NCBI GenBank assembly: GCA_032718475.1
Contig: JAUCBJ010006502.1
Coordinates: 1 to 45,464 of the forward strand
Reading direction: 5' to 3'
Origin: Nemertoderma westbladi
Taxonomy: Eukaryota > Animalia > Xenacoelomorpha
Length of the DNA stretch: 45,464 nt
Shown: in pieces, positions 12,301 through 24,591 of the stretch
Layout: each line of letters begins with the position of its first letter
How positions within the stretch are numbered: the first letter of the stretch is position 1
Notes under the pieces: generated by a model
The model's input: the letters and a program-made list of their open reading frames with translations, nothing else
Database searches by the model: none
Told to the model about the DNA's origin: nothing
Position numbers and translations under genes: made by a program

Positions 12301-12431
12301 AGGTAAGTGAGAAACCCGTTTCTAGGAGAAAGGTAACACCAGTGTATTATACCGACGACGGCAAAAGCCAGGCTTCTCAAGAAGAAGACAGCGGGAAAGA
12401 CACTGAAAGATCCTATTATGTCAACAAATAA
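9366..12431 (+). pseudogene. gag: BEL gag: N-terminal region, Ala/Glu coiled coil, capsid-like (DUF1759-type) domain
   Basis: ORFs 9366-9926 and 9927-12431 are one frame split by a single TGA (9924-9926); motif VKFNGDEMKWLPF..EKLRFLIECLEG..LNTRYGN is typical of BEL gag. Confidence 0.85.
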
Positions 12432-12460
12432 GTAAATAAATTATTATTATAATTAAATAA

Positions 12461-13470
12461 GTAAGTAAATTCAAGTCTCGAACCAATGACAGGAGAGAAC
12501 AGGTAAGAAAAACTCCTCCTACGTCTCCTAAGAGAATTCATGTAAGAAAGCCCAAAGAAAGAACGAGTGTGCACAACGTTACTCAAAATAAGGTAAATAA
12601 CATCAAACCGAAATGTGCACTGTGTGACGGGCCCCACCGTTTGAATGTGTGTGATGAATTCCTAAAGAAATCATTAAAGGATAGACGGGAAGTCATGTGG
12701 GATAAGCGGTTGTGTTATAATTGCCTCAGACAAGGACACCAACGGCGAACCTGTTACTCCGACGCAAGGTGTGCGAAGTGCGGCGCAAAACATCATCTCT
12801 TGTTGCACACTGAATTCGAACGAAACAGCCCGAGTCAGGTAAGTGATTCCGAACTACATGTCCAATTCAGTGATGTGAACGACACTGACCAAAGTTCTGA
12901 GATGGAAGGATTCTATACGGATGAATTCTCCGATGAAAACGAATCCTGTTACCTGATAAATACCGCAGTGTATCGAACACTTACGTATGAAAAGGACACC
13001 GATAGCGAGCTCCCCCTAACTACTTCTGACAGACAACCATCTTGGAAAGCACCAACTTCCAATGTAGGAATCCGAGAATTTCCCGTAGTGCAGTTGAGGG
13101 TCCACGGACCTAAAAGGAGTTATATAGTGAACGCCCTCCTCGACTCCGGTAGCACAGGAACATTCATCGTCAAAGAACTAGCCGAAGACATCTTTGCTGG
13201 ACAACCCAAGTTCCGAACTAAGTTAAACATGTCAGGGATTATGCAGGTTTGGAAATCTACAGTAATAGCGGATTATTATGTAGGTGCGTTGTCCACCCCC
13301 CAGGATGAACTAGGAGAACACAGCATAAGGTCAGTAAAAATGGTGGCGATAAAGAACTTCGCTACCAGCCAAGTAGAACCTTATAACTGGGATGAGGACG
13401 ATTTCACCCAGCGGCTTAATATACCTAGATTCAACACAGATTACCCTGGAGTACAAATACTCATCGGCAA
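12461..13470 (+). pseudogene. BEL gag zinc knuckles and aspartic protease
   Basis: Frame open from 12461; CALCDGPH..C, CYNCLRQGH..C, CAKCGAKHHLLLH; ALLDSGSTGTF active site; ILIG followed by a frameshift near 13470. Confidence 0.88.
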
Positions 13471-14970
13471 AATGCGCATGAGGCGCTTGAGACATTGGAG
13501 AAACAGCCTGCTCAACCGCAACCACTACAAGCCTATGCGGGAAGAACTAGAGTAGGTTGGTACTTTACTGGCCCTTCCCGTAGAACTCTCATGGAAAGGT
13601 TACCAAAAGAACAGGTATATCAAGTAAGTGAATGGGAAGTGGAGAGCAGTGAGGTAGACGACCCAACTGAGGGAACACCATACTCCTCAGATAATGACGA
13701 TATCCACCAACTCTTCGACGAGGAGAATACCATCGATCTCCTTACGGAAAACGAGACTTGGCAAAACCAAGTGAACCTATGTCAACTCATTCGTCCATCA
13801 GGACAAGTCGACTATAACGACGAACTGAATGACGTAATCGAGCGCTATAACTCTCTTAGGAACTGTATACCCTGTAGGAAAGCATTCAGTAGGCCTTTAA
13901 CACAGCGAGAGGCAGAATTACCTAGAGAACGAGTAAGCTTCTATGAACCACCCTTTACTAATACCGGTGTAGATTTATTTGGCCCTATTGAAGTATATCG
14001 TGCTAGGACTATAGTCAAGAGATGGTGTGTCATCTTTGTTTGTATGACTTGTAGAGCTATCCATCTCGATATGGTGAACGATTTATCTACCAATAGCTTC
14101 ATATTGAGCTTACGCCGACAGATCGCTCGCTTTGGAACTAGTAACACGATGAGATCTGATAAGGGAACGAACTTCATTGGTGCCAACAATGAAATCAAGG
14201 CTTACGTCAAAGATTGGAACCAAAGACAGGTGGACGATCAGCTAAGGGTAACAGCGTCTAGCTGGACCTTCAACGCCGCCGACGCCCCTTGGTGGGGAGG
14301 AAGTTGGGAGAGATTAATCAGGAGCGTGAAGACCGCATTTCACTTTATAGTGCCGTGCCGCGCGTATCTCACCGACGAACTTTTGCGGACGTTAATGGAG
14401 GAAATCGCCGCCTATCTCAACGAGAGACCGCTTATGCCAGTCTCATCGAGTCCCGATTCCCTGGAAGCGCTAACACCCGCGCACTTCCTACTGAAGAAAC
14501 CTGTAGCCATGCTCCCACGATCGGAAATCACAGACGGAGACGAATACTGCCGGCAAACTTGGCAACTTATGCAGTTGTTATCTCGTCGTTTCGCTGACCA
14601 TTTCGAAAAACATTATCTACCCATGCTACAACTTCGAACTAAGTGGTTTGCGCAGCAAGAAAACGTCAGCGCTGGAGACATGGTCCTTATTGTGGATTCA
14701 GATCTTCCACGTAAGCGGTGGCAGACAGGTCGTATCATCGAGACTCACATCTCGAATGATGGTTTGGTGCGATCGGTAGAACTCGTCGTCATGCGACGTA
14801 ACTTTAAGAAACCGGGAATTGTCTTCGAGATACAGCAGCTCAATCGCCCAGTTGGTCGTTTATGTTTACTGGAAAGAGACAGAGAACTCTCCGGAAACTA
14901 TGGAAGGCAAGATACTCTTCCCACGACCACCTCCCTAATCCAACAAACATCTAGGTACTCCCCAACGTAA
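13470..14970 (+). pseudogene. pol: BEL pol remnant: protease tail fused to DDE integrase
   Basis: RTRVGWYFTGP (BEL post-protease motif), then CIPC, GVDLFGP, SDKGTNF, GGSWERLIRSVK, LTPAHFL, DGLVRSV; no YVDD-type RT or RNase H motif. Confidence 0.9.
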
Positions 14971-15520
14971 TAACGTCTGGAGTGGGTGTGTGACTATATT
15001 ATTTTATATTCTTATTATTTTATATTTATGTATGTATTATTATGTAATTTTATTATAATCGTTTTCTTTAATTTTATTTAGTAGAATGTTATTTTAGCGA
15101 TTATCTAGTAGATTAGTGCAATATATATTAGTGTTTATTACTTAATTACTTATATATTATATATTTAGAGCGACGGCGAGAAATAATTCTTTTTCTCTTT
15201 CCTTACTGTCCGTATTACATTACAAATACATAACTACAGTAAGATGAAATATCCGTACTTATTAAAGTACAATAAAGCTCCTACTATATTCAAGTATTAT
15301 TGGTAAAGTAGAGTATTAGGAATGCAAAATTCAGATCCTCGTGTCTCGGCTAAACCAAGCTCTGGGTAGACCTTGGAAACGACTTGCCTCTTCTCACTGA
15401 CATTGCTTCGTGCGATATTGCTCTCATACCGTATATTAAATAATACATATAGTAGCGTGATGTCCCTTTAACAGTAGCGTACAACGCAAATAAATCTGTT
15501 AAACCCTTTGACCATCTGTA

Positions 15521-15800
15521 ATTCTAGTCGATTAAGATATCGTGGCACCCACCGATATACTTGAAAGAAAAAATTCTAGAATCAGTGGTTAACGTCCCCA
15601 GACAAGTTCTGGAATAAACCGGTGCCCATCTTAAATATTAACTATTAATATTTATAAAATCTGTCAAATTCAGATCCTTTAAAATTCTAGTCTATTAAGA
15701 TATCGTAGCACTTACCGATATTCTTAAAAAGACCAATTTCCTAGAATCAAGGATCCTAGTCCCCAGACATGTTCTGGAATAAAATTGTGTCTATTTAATA
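15521..15800. repeat. Diverged about 163-bp direct repeat inside the element
   Basis: attctagtc.attaagatatcgt.gcac..accgatat..gtccccagaca.gttctggaataaa at 15521 and 15684. Confidence 0.8.
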
Positions 15801-16603
15801 TTAAATAATAAAATTTACGGGAATAAATTTAAATTCATATCTTTTAATGAATTTGATAAATTGTCATTTTTATACAATTTATAATATTCCCAAAATTCCA
15901 TTAATTAATAAATCATGGGAGCGGAGATTCACCCTATTAAGTATATTAGTGTGCGAGAATCTCCAATATATAGTCAATAGCCGATAAAATTCATAAAATC
16001 ATGTATTAAGGGGATATTGACAATTAAAGAATTACTATTAAATAGCATCCCAGATCTGTATGCATGAGAATTACCCTAATTCTACCGCTAGCTTTCCATA
16101 ATGTCACCATAGCAACAACCACCCTAGAATTAGAAGTGAGCTAAAAGAAAAATAAAGGCTTGCCCCATTGAATAGCATAAGGAATAAATAGCATACTGCT
16201 AGTATCCCAGGATACCCAATAATAACGTGGCATTCTGGAAGGCACTTGACTAACGGACAAATGGCCCGAATGTGTGCGGTTTGTGACAGTTGTGTGGAAT
16301 TTGTGTGTTTATAGGTGAATGTTACTACTAAAGTGTGTTTACAGTAGCGAGTCGCAATTGTGAAAGTAGCCCTAACTCTCCAGTAAGAACCTGAAGTAAA
16401 TCTAAGCCTTTGGGACGGACGGTGGAGTGACTCGCACTGGTTTTTGTGGTCGTTGTGCAGCTACTACGTTGGCGATAGGCACATCGGCGAAAGTACACCA
16501 GCGCTGAGGATCTTGCGCTATCCGGGGGCCGAGAGGGGTAGGCAGCGACGCCCGCTAGCCTAATTATAACTAATTATAATATTGATAAACTCATATAGCA
16601 CCT

Positions 16604-17982
16604 ATGACTGAGTTGATAGAAGATGATCTTGGTATCAGGGAGAAATATACTCTACCGTTGCAAGCGTTTGTTGATAGCTTGATACGCAGCGACGCTAGTC
16701 CAACTACTACGGAGGACGATGGTCGTTATATCGAACCGCCGATGTCCCAGGAGCAACTTACTGAATGAATGAACTTACTTAACTGAATTGGACTATCGAA
16801 AATTCACTGCTCGCTATACGCATCGTAATGGTACGCATATGGACTTCTTAACTACTGGTCATCCTATCGATTTACACGATACGGACGATGTCGACACCGA
16901 AAGGGAAATGGTACTATTTAAATATCCTACCCAGCGGAGTCGGAACGATAAACTGAAAATCGAATGCGAAAATTCTATTCGAAATCGAATCGAAAGAGAA
17001 GACGTTAAAGAACCGGATAAACGCGGTAACTCCAACGTATATTTGGAATTCTTGAAAGAAACATTGTAAAACCGAATAAATATCACCCGCGTTTCCCCTA
17101 CAAGACGGGCGTCTTTGGTATTATTGCGATGAATGCCCAAGACCCAACCAACAAACAGAAAGACATAAACATCCGCGGAGACGTTGCTTTAAACACGGTT
17201 TTACTCGCTATATTTACGGGAGTTTCGAGCGAAACTTATTCGATGTATCACCTACGCTCGTTCGATTCAAACGATTCTTAAATAAACCTATGATCAGAGT
17301 TCCAGAATACTCGGTCAGACCTCCTCATTCCCTAGTTAGACCTCAGACTCTTGATCCTAATAGTATCACGGATCCTCCCGAACTGTACTCACTGTTCAAA
17401 GATCTAGTGTTACCCGAACAATTAGTCGGTGGCACTCCGGTTGTGGGCTCCCTAGATATTCGCCCATCTTACCTAGCCGGATTGGGACGCGGACATCTAA
17501 TATCGCCATTCAACCGTATCATCGTCCCTGTTTAACCCGATACAACCTGTCACCCAGGCGGAGGAGAGAGTTGTACGAAACGCGTTGGACACTATTCGTC
17601 AAAAGATCGGAAAAGGAACCTACAATTGTTTAGAGAAACGTAAATTGCAGCAGCAAGTCCAAGCGGTAAACGAATTAGCTTTATCTCAGTTCGATCAGGA
17701 AATCCAGAATCTCTAAGAAGATATCGAACTTGGACGACCCTATTTTCTGCAAGAGTTTTTGGACAAACACATCCAACGATAAGCGGAGGAAAATCAGCTC
17801 GAGGAGAAGCATATCGAAATGGACGAGACATCGACCATAACCCTAAACCTTCCGATGCAATTGTATTGCACCCTTTACCCAGGAGTTATAGCCCTCCTAG
17901 TAAAGTGGCTCGCCCCAAAGAGAAAAGGACTCTTGCTAGCCTCAAAAAACTGCGTAAACGCCGTCCGCGCAAGAAAGACTAA
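16604..17982 (+). pseudogene. Degenerate accessory ORF of the LTR element, function unknown
   Basis: ATG 16604 MTELIEDDLGIREKY.. joins 16788-17069, 17290-17535 and later frames across several stops and frameshifts; ends in basic KKLRKRRPRKKD-stop about 80 bp before the 3' LTR. Confidence 0.55.
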
Positions 17983-18060
17983 CTGTTTAGAGTATTTTTA
18001 TATTTTAGAAACTGTGATTTTGTATATTTTATAGACTCAAATCCCATTTTCTGGGAGCGG

Positions 18061-19205
18061 TGTAAAAGCTTTTGCGGATGTAACAAGCTATTTTTCTCGC
18101 AATATACCGAGTAGGTATTTTAGCGGACATAACAAGCGATTTTGCCCGCTATGTCTGCATGTGTGCTTTAGCGGACATATAAAGCCATTTTTCTCCGCAA
18201 TAAGCTCAAATACTCTAAACATCGGAACTCAGATGACGACATCTATCAGCTGTGTCCACGTGTAACTTTTTCTTTGTTCTTTGTTCGTTCTTTGTTCAGT
18301 CGACCAATCAGAGCGGTTTTCACTCTGTGTTGGACATTATATACAGAAACTCACGCAATTCAGTCAGTGTGTATTTTCCTAAGCCCAGAACACCGGCTTT
18401 GGAATGATTCTATGTTTCAGGCTTTAGCCAAACATTAGTAGGCTTTGATCATAGAAACGTATAACTGTTATCAAACCACCGCAACAAACTGGCAAATCAG
18501 CCTGTCATATCTCATCCAAACACCGCATTATTTTACTGCTATTTACTGTCGGTTATTAATTATATCAGTTTGATGGAATATTGTTATATTTGGATAATAT
18601 CGATAAATAATCAGAAAACCCCAATCTTCTTGATAACTGAAGGTTAGAGAGACCGGTTACATATAACAATTGCGACTTACATTAAAGTGGTTTTGGAGTG
18701 AATCTAATGCTATTTCATAGGCACTACATGTGTCGGTTGCTGTTCTCTTTATATGTGACTAAAATTAGTGAAGGTCGGCAGATCGGTGTGCAGCATTGTG
18801 CGGTAGTGTGCATGATTGTGACAGATAACAAAGCATCTCCTAAAGAATGCGCTTTATACGTGAATCAATAGCCATCCCGTTGTGTTTAGTGTAAGTCATA
18901 ACTCTGTTTACATACTTAGAGCGCCACGTCCTAAAGGAACTGTTGATATTTCCCGAAAGTGAATAATATTTGTCAGAAATTATATATTAACGATCAGTCG
19001 AATAATACAGTAGGCCTACACCGCAATAAGGTCAGAGCTTCTGAATCCAGTCTCCCGGGTATATCCAGCGGGTGAATGGTCGCGCATAGACTGGCTTCGG
19101 CTAATGTAGTGTATCAAATACTCGTTATAGGCTAAAGTCGATTTATAATCTAGAAGACATCTAAATTTGGCAGGTTAAACTGCTAAAGGTCTGAAAGCGC
19201 GAACA
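18061..19205 (+). repeat. 3' LTR (1145 bp)
   Basis: Near-identical copy of 6239-7385, followed by the TSD caccg. Confidence 0.96.
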
Positions 19206-19282
19206 CACCGATGGTTTGTAACCACTCGGTGCTATGGTAACCTCTTACAACATTACTGCGTAAACTATTCTCTAATACTGAC

Positions 19283-19411
19283 CTTGAAATTCTTCTGATA
19301 ACTTTTATATTGAAATGAACTTTTGAGGAGTCCGTCCATCTTTCCCTGCATGGTAACCAGGGCTTGGTGAATGTGTTCTGGATCAGCTGATGAGTCAAGG
19401 ATTCCTGGATC
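19283..19411 (-). CDS. DNAH6: Axonemal dynein heavy chain exon
   Basis: 129 bp, ttttctag|..|gtcagt; DPGILDSSAD..FQYKSYQKNFK, which directly precedes VEITRYEELEEV in DNAH6-type proteins. Confidence 0.88.
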
Positions 19412-19436
19412 CTAGAAAATAAATAAAAGCCATGAG

Positions 19437-22400
19437 AAATGGAGGACGAACCGAGTCTAGCAGTAGCAAATGGAGGACAAACCGAATCCAGCAGTACCAA
19501 ATGGAGGACGAACAGAGTCCAGCAGTACAAAATGGTGGACAAACCGAGTCCAGCAGTACCAAATGGAGGACGAACCGAGTCCAGCAGTAGCAAATGGAGG
19601 ACAAACCGAATCCAGCAGTACCAAATGGAGGACGAACAGAGTCCAGCAGTACAAAATGGTGGACGAACCGAATCCAGCAGTATCAAATGGAGGACGAACC
19701 GAGTCCAGCAGAACCAAATGGAGGACGAATCGAGTCCAGCAGTACCAAATGGAGGACGAACCGAGTCCAGCAGTACCAAATGGAGGACGAACCGAGTTCA
19801 GCAGTACCAAATGGTGGACGAACCGAGTCCAGCAGTACAGGATGGAGGACGAATCGAGTCCAGCAGTACCAAATGGAGGACGAACCGAGTCTAGCAGTAC
19901 CAAATGGAGGACGAACCGAGTCCAGCAGTAGCAAATGGTGGACAGACTGAGTCCAGCAGTACCAAATGGAAGACGAACCGAGTCCAGCAGTAGCAAATGG
20001 AGGACAAACCGAATCCAGCAGTACCAAATGGAGGACGAACAGAGTCCAGCAGTACAAAATGGTGGACAAACCGAATCCAGCAGTACCAAATGGAGGACGA
20101 ACAGAGTCCAGCAGTACCAAATGGAGGACGAACCGAGTTCAGCAGTACCAAATGGTGGACGAACCGAGTCCAGCAGTACAGGATGGAGGACGAATCAAGT
20201 CCAGCAGTACCAAATGGAGGACGAACCGAGTCCTGCAGTACCAAATGGAGGACAAACAGAGTCCAGCAGTACCAAATGGAGGACAACCCGAATCCAGCAG
20301 TAGCAAATGGAGGACAAACCGAATCCAGCAGTACCAAATGGAGGACGAACAGAGTCCAGCAGTACAAAATGGTGGACGAACCGAATCCAGCAGTAGCAAA
20401 TGGAGGACGAACCGAGTCCAGCAGTACAGGATGGAGGACGAATCGAGTCCAGCAGTACCAAATGGAGGACGAACCGAGTTCAGCAGTATCAAATGGAGGA
20501 CGAACCGAGTCCTGCAGTACCAAATGGAGGACGAATCGAGTCCAGCAGTACCAAATGGAGGACGAACCGAGTCCAGCAGTAGCAAATGGAGGACAAACCG
20601 AATCCAGCAGTACAGGATGGAGGACGAATCGAGTCCAGCAGTACCAAATGGAGGACGAACCGAGTCCTGCAGTACCAAATGGAGGACGAACCGAGTCCAG
20701 CAGAACCAAATGGAGGACGAATCGAGTCCAGCAGTACCAAATGGAGGACGAACCGAGTCCAGCAGTACAGGATGGAGGACGAATCGAGTCCAGCAGTACC
20801 AAATGGAGGACGAACCGAGTTCAGCAGTATCAAATGGAGGACGAACCGAGTCCTACAGTACCAAATGGAGGACGAATCGAGTCCAGCAGTACCAAATGGA
20901 GGACGAACCGAGTCCAGCAGTAGCAAATGGAGGACAAACCGAATCCAGCAGTACAAAATGGTGGACGAACCGAATCCAGTAGTATCAAATGGAGGACGAA
21001 CCGAGTCCAGCAGAACCAAATGGAGGACGAATCGAGTCCAGCAGTACCAAATGGAGGACGAACCGAGTCCAGCAGTACCAAATGGAGGACGAACCGAGTT
21101 CAGCAGTACCAAATGGTGGACGAAACGAGTCCAGCAGTACCAAATGGAGGACGAACCGAGTCCAGCAGTAGCAAATGGAGGACAAACCGAATCCAGCAGT
21201 ACAGGATGGAGGACGAATCGAGTCCAGCAGTACCAAATGGAGGACGAACCGAGTCCTGCAGTACCAAATGGAGGACGAACCGAGTCCAGCAGAACCAAAT
21301 GGAGGACGAATCGAGTCCAGCAGTACCAAATGGAGGACGAACCGAGTCCAGCAGTACAGGATGGAGGACGAATCGAGTCCAGCAGTACCAAATGGAGGAC
21401 GAACCGAGTTCAGCAGTATCAAATGGAGGACGAACCGAGTCCTGCAGTACCAAATGGAGGACGAATCGAGTCCAGCAGTACCAAATGGAGGACGAACCGA
21501 GTCCAGCAGTAGCTAATGGAGGACAAACCGAATCCAGCAGTACCAAATGGAGGACGAACAGAGTCCAGCAGTACAAAATGGTGGACGAACCGAATCCAGT
21601 AGTATCAAATGGAGGACGAACCGAGTCCAGCAGAACCAAATGGAGGACGAATCGAGTCCAGCAGTACCAAATGGAGGACGAACCGAGTCCAGCAGTACCA
21701 AATGGAGGACGAACCGAGTTCAGCAGTACCAAATGGTGGACGAAACGAGTCCAGCAGTACAGGATGGAGGACGAATCGAGTCCAGCAGTACCAAATGGAG
21801 GACGAACCGAGTTCAGCAGTATCAAATGGAGGACGAACCGAGTCCTGCAGTACCAAATGGAGGACGAACAGAGTCCAGCAGTACCAAATGGAGGACAAAC
21901 CGAATCCAGCAGTACCAAATGGAGGACGAACAGAGTCCAGCAGTACAAAATGGTGGACGAACCGAATCCAGCAGTATCAAATGGAGGACGAACCGAGTCC
22001 AGCAGAACCAAATGGAGGACGAATCGAGTCCAGCAGTACCAAATGGAGGACGAACCGAGTCCAGCGGTACCAAATGGAGGACGAACCGAGTTCAGCAGTA
22101 CCAAATGGTGGACGAACCGAGTCCAGCAGTACAGGATGGAGGACGAATCGAGTCCAGCAGTACCAAATGGAGGACGAACCGAGTCCAGCAGTACCAAATG
22201 GAGGACGAACCGAGTCCAGCACTAGCAAATGGTGGACAGACTGAGTCCAGCAGTACCAAATGGAAGATGAACCGAGTCCAGCAGTACCAAATGGAGGACG
22301 AACCGAGTCCAGCAGTACCAAATGGAGACGTACCGAGTCCAGCAGTACTAAATGGAGGACGAACCGAGTCCAGCAGTACCGAATGGAGGACGAACCGAGT

Positions 22401-23158
22401 CCAGCAGTACCGAATGGAGGACGAACCGAGTCCAGCAGTACCAAATGGAGGACGAACCGAGTCCAGCAGTACCAAATGGAGGACGAACCGAGTCCAGCAG
22501 TACCAAATGGAGGACGAACCGAGTCCAGCAGTACCAAATGGAGGACGAACCGAATCCAGCAGTACCAAATGTAGGACGAACCGAGTCCAGCAGTAGCAAA
22601 TGGTGGGCAGACTGTGTCTAGCAGTACCAAATGGAGGACGAACCGAGTTCAGCAGTACCAAATGGAAGACGAACCGAGTCCAGCAGTACCAAATGGAGGA
22701 CGAACCGAGTCCATCAGTACCAAATGGAGACGTACCGAGTCCAGCAGTACTAAATGGAGGACGAACCGAGTCCAGCAGTACCGAATGGAGGACGAACCGA
22801 GTCCAGCAGTACCAAATGGAGGACGAACCGAGTCCAGCAGTACCAAATGGAGGACGAACCGAGTCCAGCAGTACCAAATGGAGGACGAACCGAGTCCAGC
22901 AGTACCAAATGGAGGACGAACCGAGTCCACCAGTACCAAATGGAGGACGAACCGAGTCCAGCAGTACCAAATGGAGGACGAACCGAGTCCAGCAGTACCA
23001 AATGGAGGACGAACCGAGTCCAGCAGTACCAAATGGAGGACGAACCGAGTCCAGCAGTACCAAATGGAGAACGAACCGAGTCCACCAGTACCAAATGGAG
23101 GACGAACCGTGTCCACCAGTACCAAATGGAGGACGAACCGAGTCCAGCTGTACCAAAT
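19437..23158. repeat. 31-bp minisatellite, about 120 copies
   Basis: Consensus ccaaatggaggacgaaccgagtccagcagta; variant blocks recur at 589 bp (19 units) and 620 bp (20 units). Confidence 0.97.
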
Positions 23159-23669
23159 CCACCCGAATCTATCGCCTATCTGTGGGAACCAGTTCTTGTA
23201 AATTAATAATATAAAATTGAGAATAGCGGCCTGGGCTAGTTGTACAATGCTTCAATTACAATATATAAAAAATAAGAGGTAGAATTTAGAATTAAAGGAC
23301 AATTATTTTGAAAAAAAAAGTAAGCGGAAAACTCAAAATCGGAAGTTCATTTTCAATGATTTTCAGTTTAGCGAAATTCAACTATTCTATATTCAACTAT
23401 TCTATCTTTTTGGCGCTGTGGGCGTCAAAAAGTTGGAAATGTCTGTCGGTGACTGGTAACAGAGTCGAAATTTCGCGGAAATTTTCTTACTTTTTGAATC
23501 CCACGAACCTCATACCCAGCCCCCCGGAAGAAAAAACCTCAACTTGACTTACAGATACATACCGAGGAGAAAATGATATTTTTGTTCATAAAATGCTAAA
23601 TGTTTATTCTCAGGGAGTTTGGTATTAACAATAACAAAGAGTCCAACATTACAGTAGATGCGGCTTCAT

Positions 23670-24591
23670 GGTTCCAGGACGAAGGTCCGAAAAATCAAGA
23701 CAAAGGTCCGACACAGCGTGATTCTAAGATAATATTTACGGTGTGAGAAAGATTTCCACATTATTTCGGAACTTCGCCCTGGTCATTCGCACCTTTGTCA
23801 TGTGATGATAAACAACTAATGTTTGTTGCCATTGGCCCATACAAAGTTTGTCCTCTATAAAGTACAGTTCTTGGCCCTAGACGAAGGAAGGTAGGTACTA
23901 GGAAGGTACTTAAAGAGCAACACGACCGAACACAGTCGAAAATAGGAAGAGCAAAAAAAATAAATAACATCGGGTACAAACTTTTAGATTAAACTAGCCA
24001 TGCGTTATTTTTCTATTAGTAAATTCCCGAAATTATTGAATAAAATCGTAGCGAAATTAAATATTCATTTCACTTAATTAAATATTCATAGCCTAAGCCT
24101 ACAACTAATAATTGAATCTAGTAGTAGGCCTAAGTTAAGTGTGGTTAGCACCGGGCCAGAGATCACTACCGGTGTCCTAGGCGAATTTATTTTAGAATTT
24201 ATTTGTTTGTTTTTTTGGTTAGGGTTAGTTGGTCAGGCCCACACCCAAATTAAAACTGCCATGTAACCCTAACCCTAAGTCATAAGGCTCTAATCTAAGA
24301 AATGTTGTGGAATTGACCTTGCCATTGGCCACTGCCATTATATGACAGTTTTAATTAGGTATTCGGGCCGCGACTGTGTTCGATTGTCTTCGGCAGTTTT
24401 TGGAGTGTGTTTATGTGTGTTCGACTGTATTCCGTCGTGTTGTTCTTTAAGTACCTTCCGACCCACACACCCATGACGAAGGTCCGAATGGGACGAAGGT
24501 CCGAACGGACCGAAAAAGCGATCCAGACGGTCACTTTCAGACCTTCGTCCCATTTGGACCTTCGACTCATTCGGACCTTCGACCCAATACC
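23670..24591. mobile_element. Non-autonomous DNA transposon, Merlin-like
   Basis: TSD ggcttcat at 23662-23669 and 24592-24599; termini GGT..ACC with tandem gacgaaggtccgaa motifs; internal inverted pair 23901-23940 / 24420-24459; no transposase. Confidence 0.8.

Larger units (their letters stand above)
6239..19205 (+). mobile_element. BEL/Pao LTR retrotransposon, RT/RNase H deleted, in a dynein intron, antisense to host
   Basis: Two TG..CA LTRs; 5-bp TSD caccg at 6234-6238 and 19206-19210; BEL-type gag, triple zinc knuckle, protease and integrase; purine tract gggagcgg before the 3' LTR. Confidence 0.95.

Noticed and set aside
16630-16642. tggtatcaggg as a tRNA-iMet PBS
   Set aside because: Not next to an LTR, imperfect match, and inside the accessory reading frame.
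19387-19560. Hammerhead ribozyme resemblance: ctgatgagtc at 19387 and gagtcc..ggacgaa in the 31-bp unit
   Set aside because: Units lack CUGAU and usually the full GAAA; the CTGATGA lies antisense in a dynein exon; stems I and III could not be formed.
19183-23214. Dozens of long ORFs (MEDEPSPAVPNGG.., MVLLDSVRPPF..)
   Set aside because: Translations of the stop-free 31-bp satellite in all frames; no unique coding sequence.
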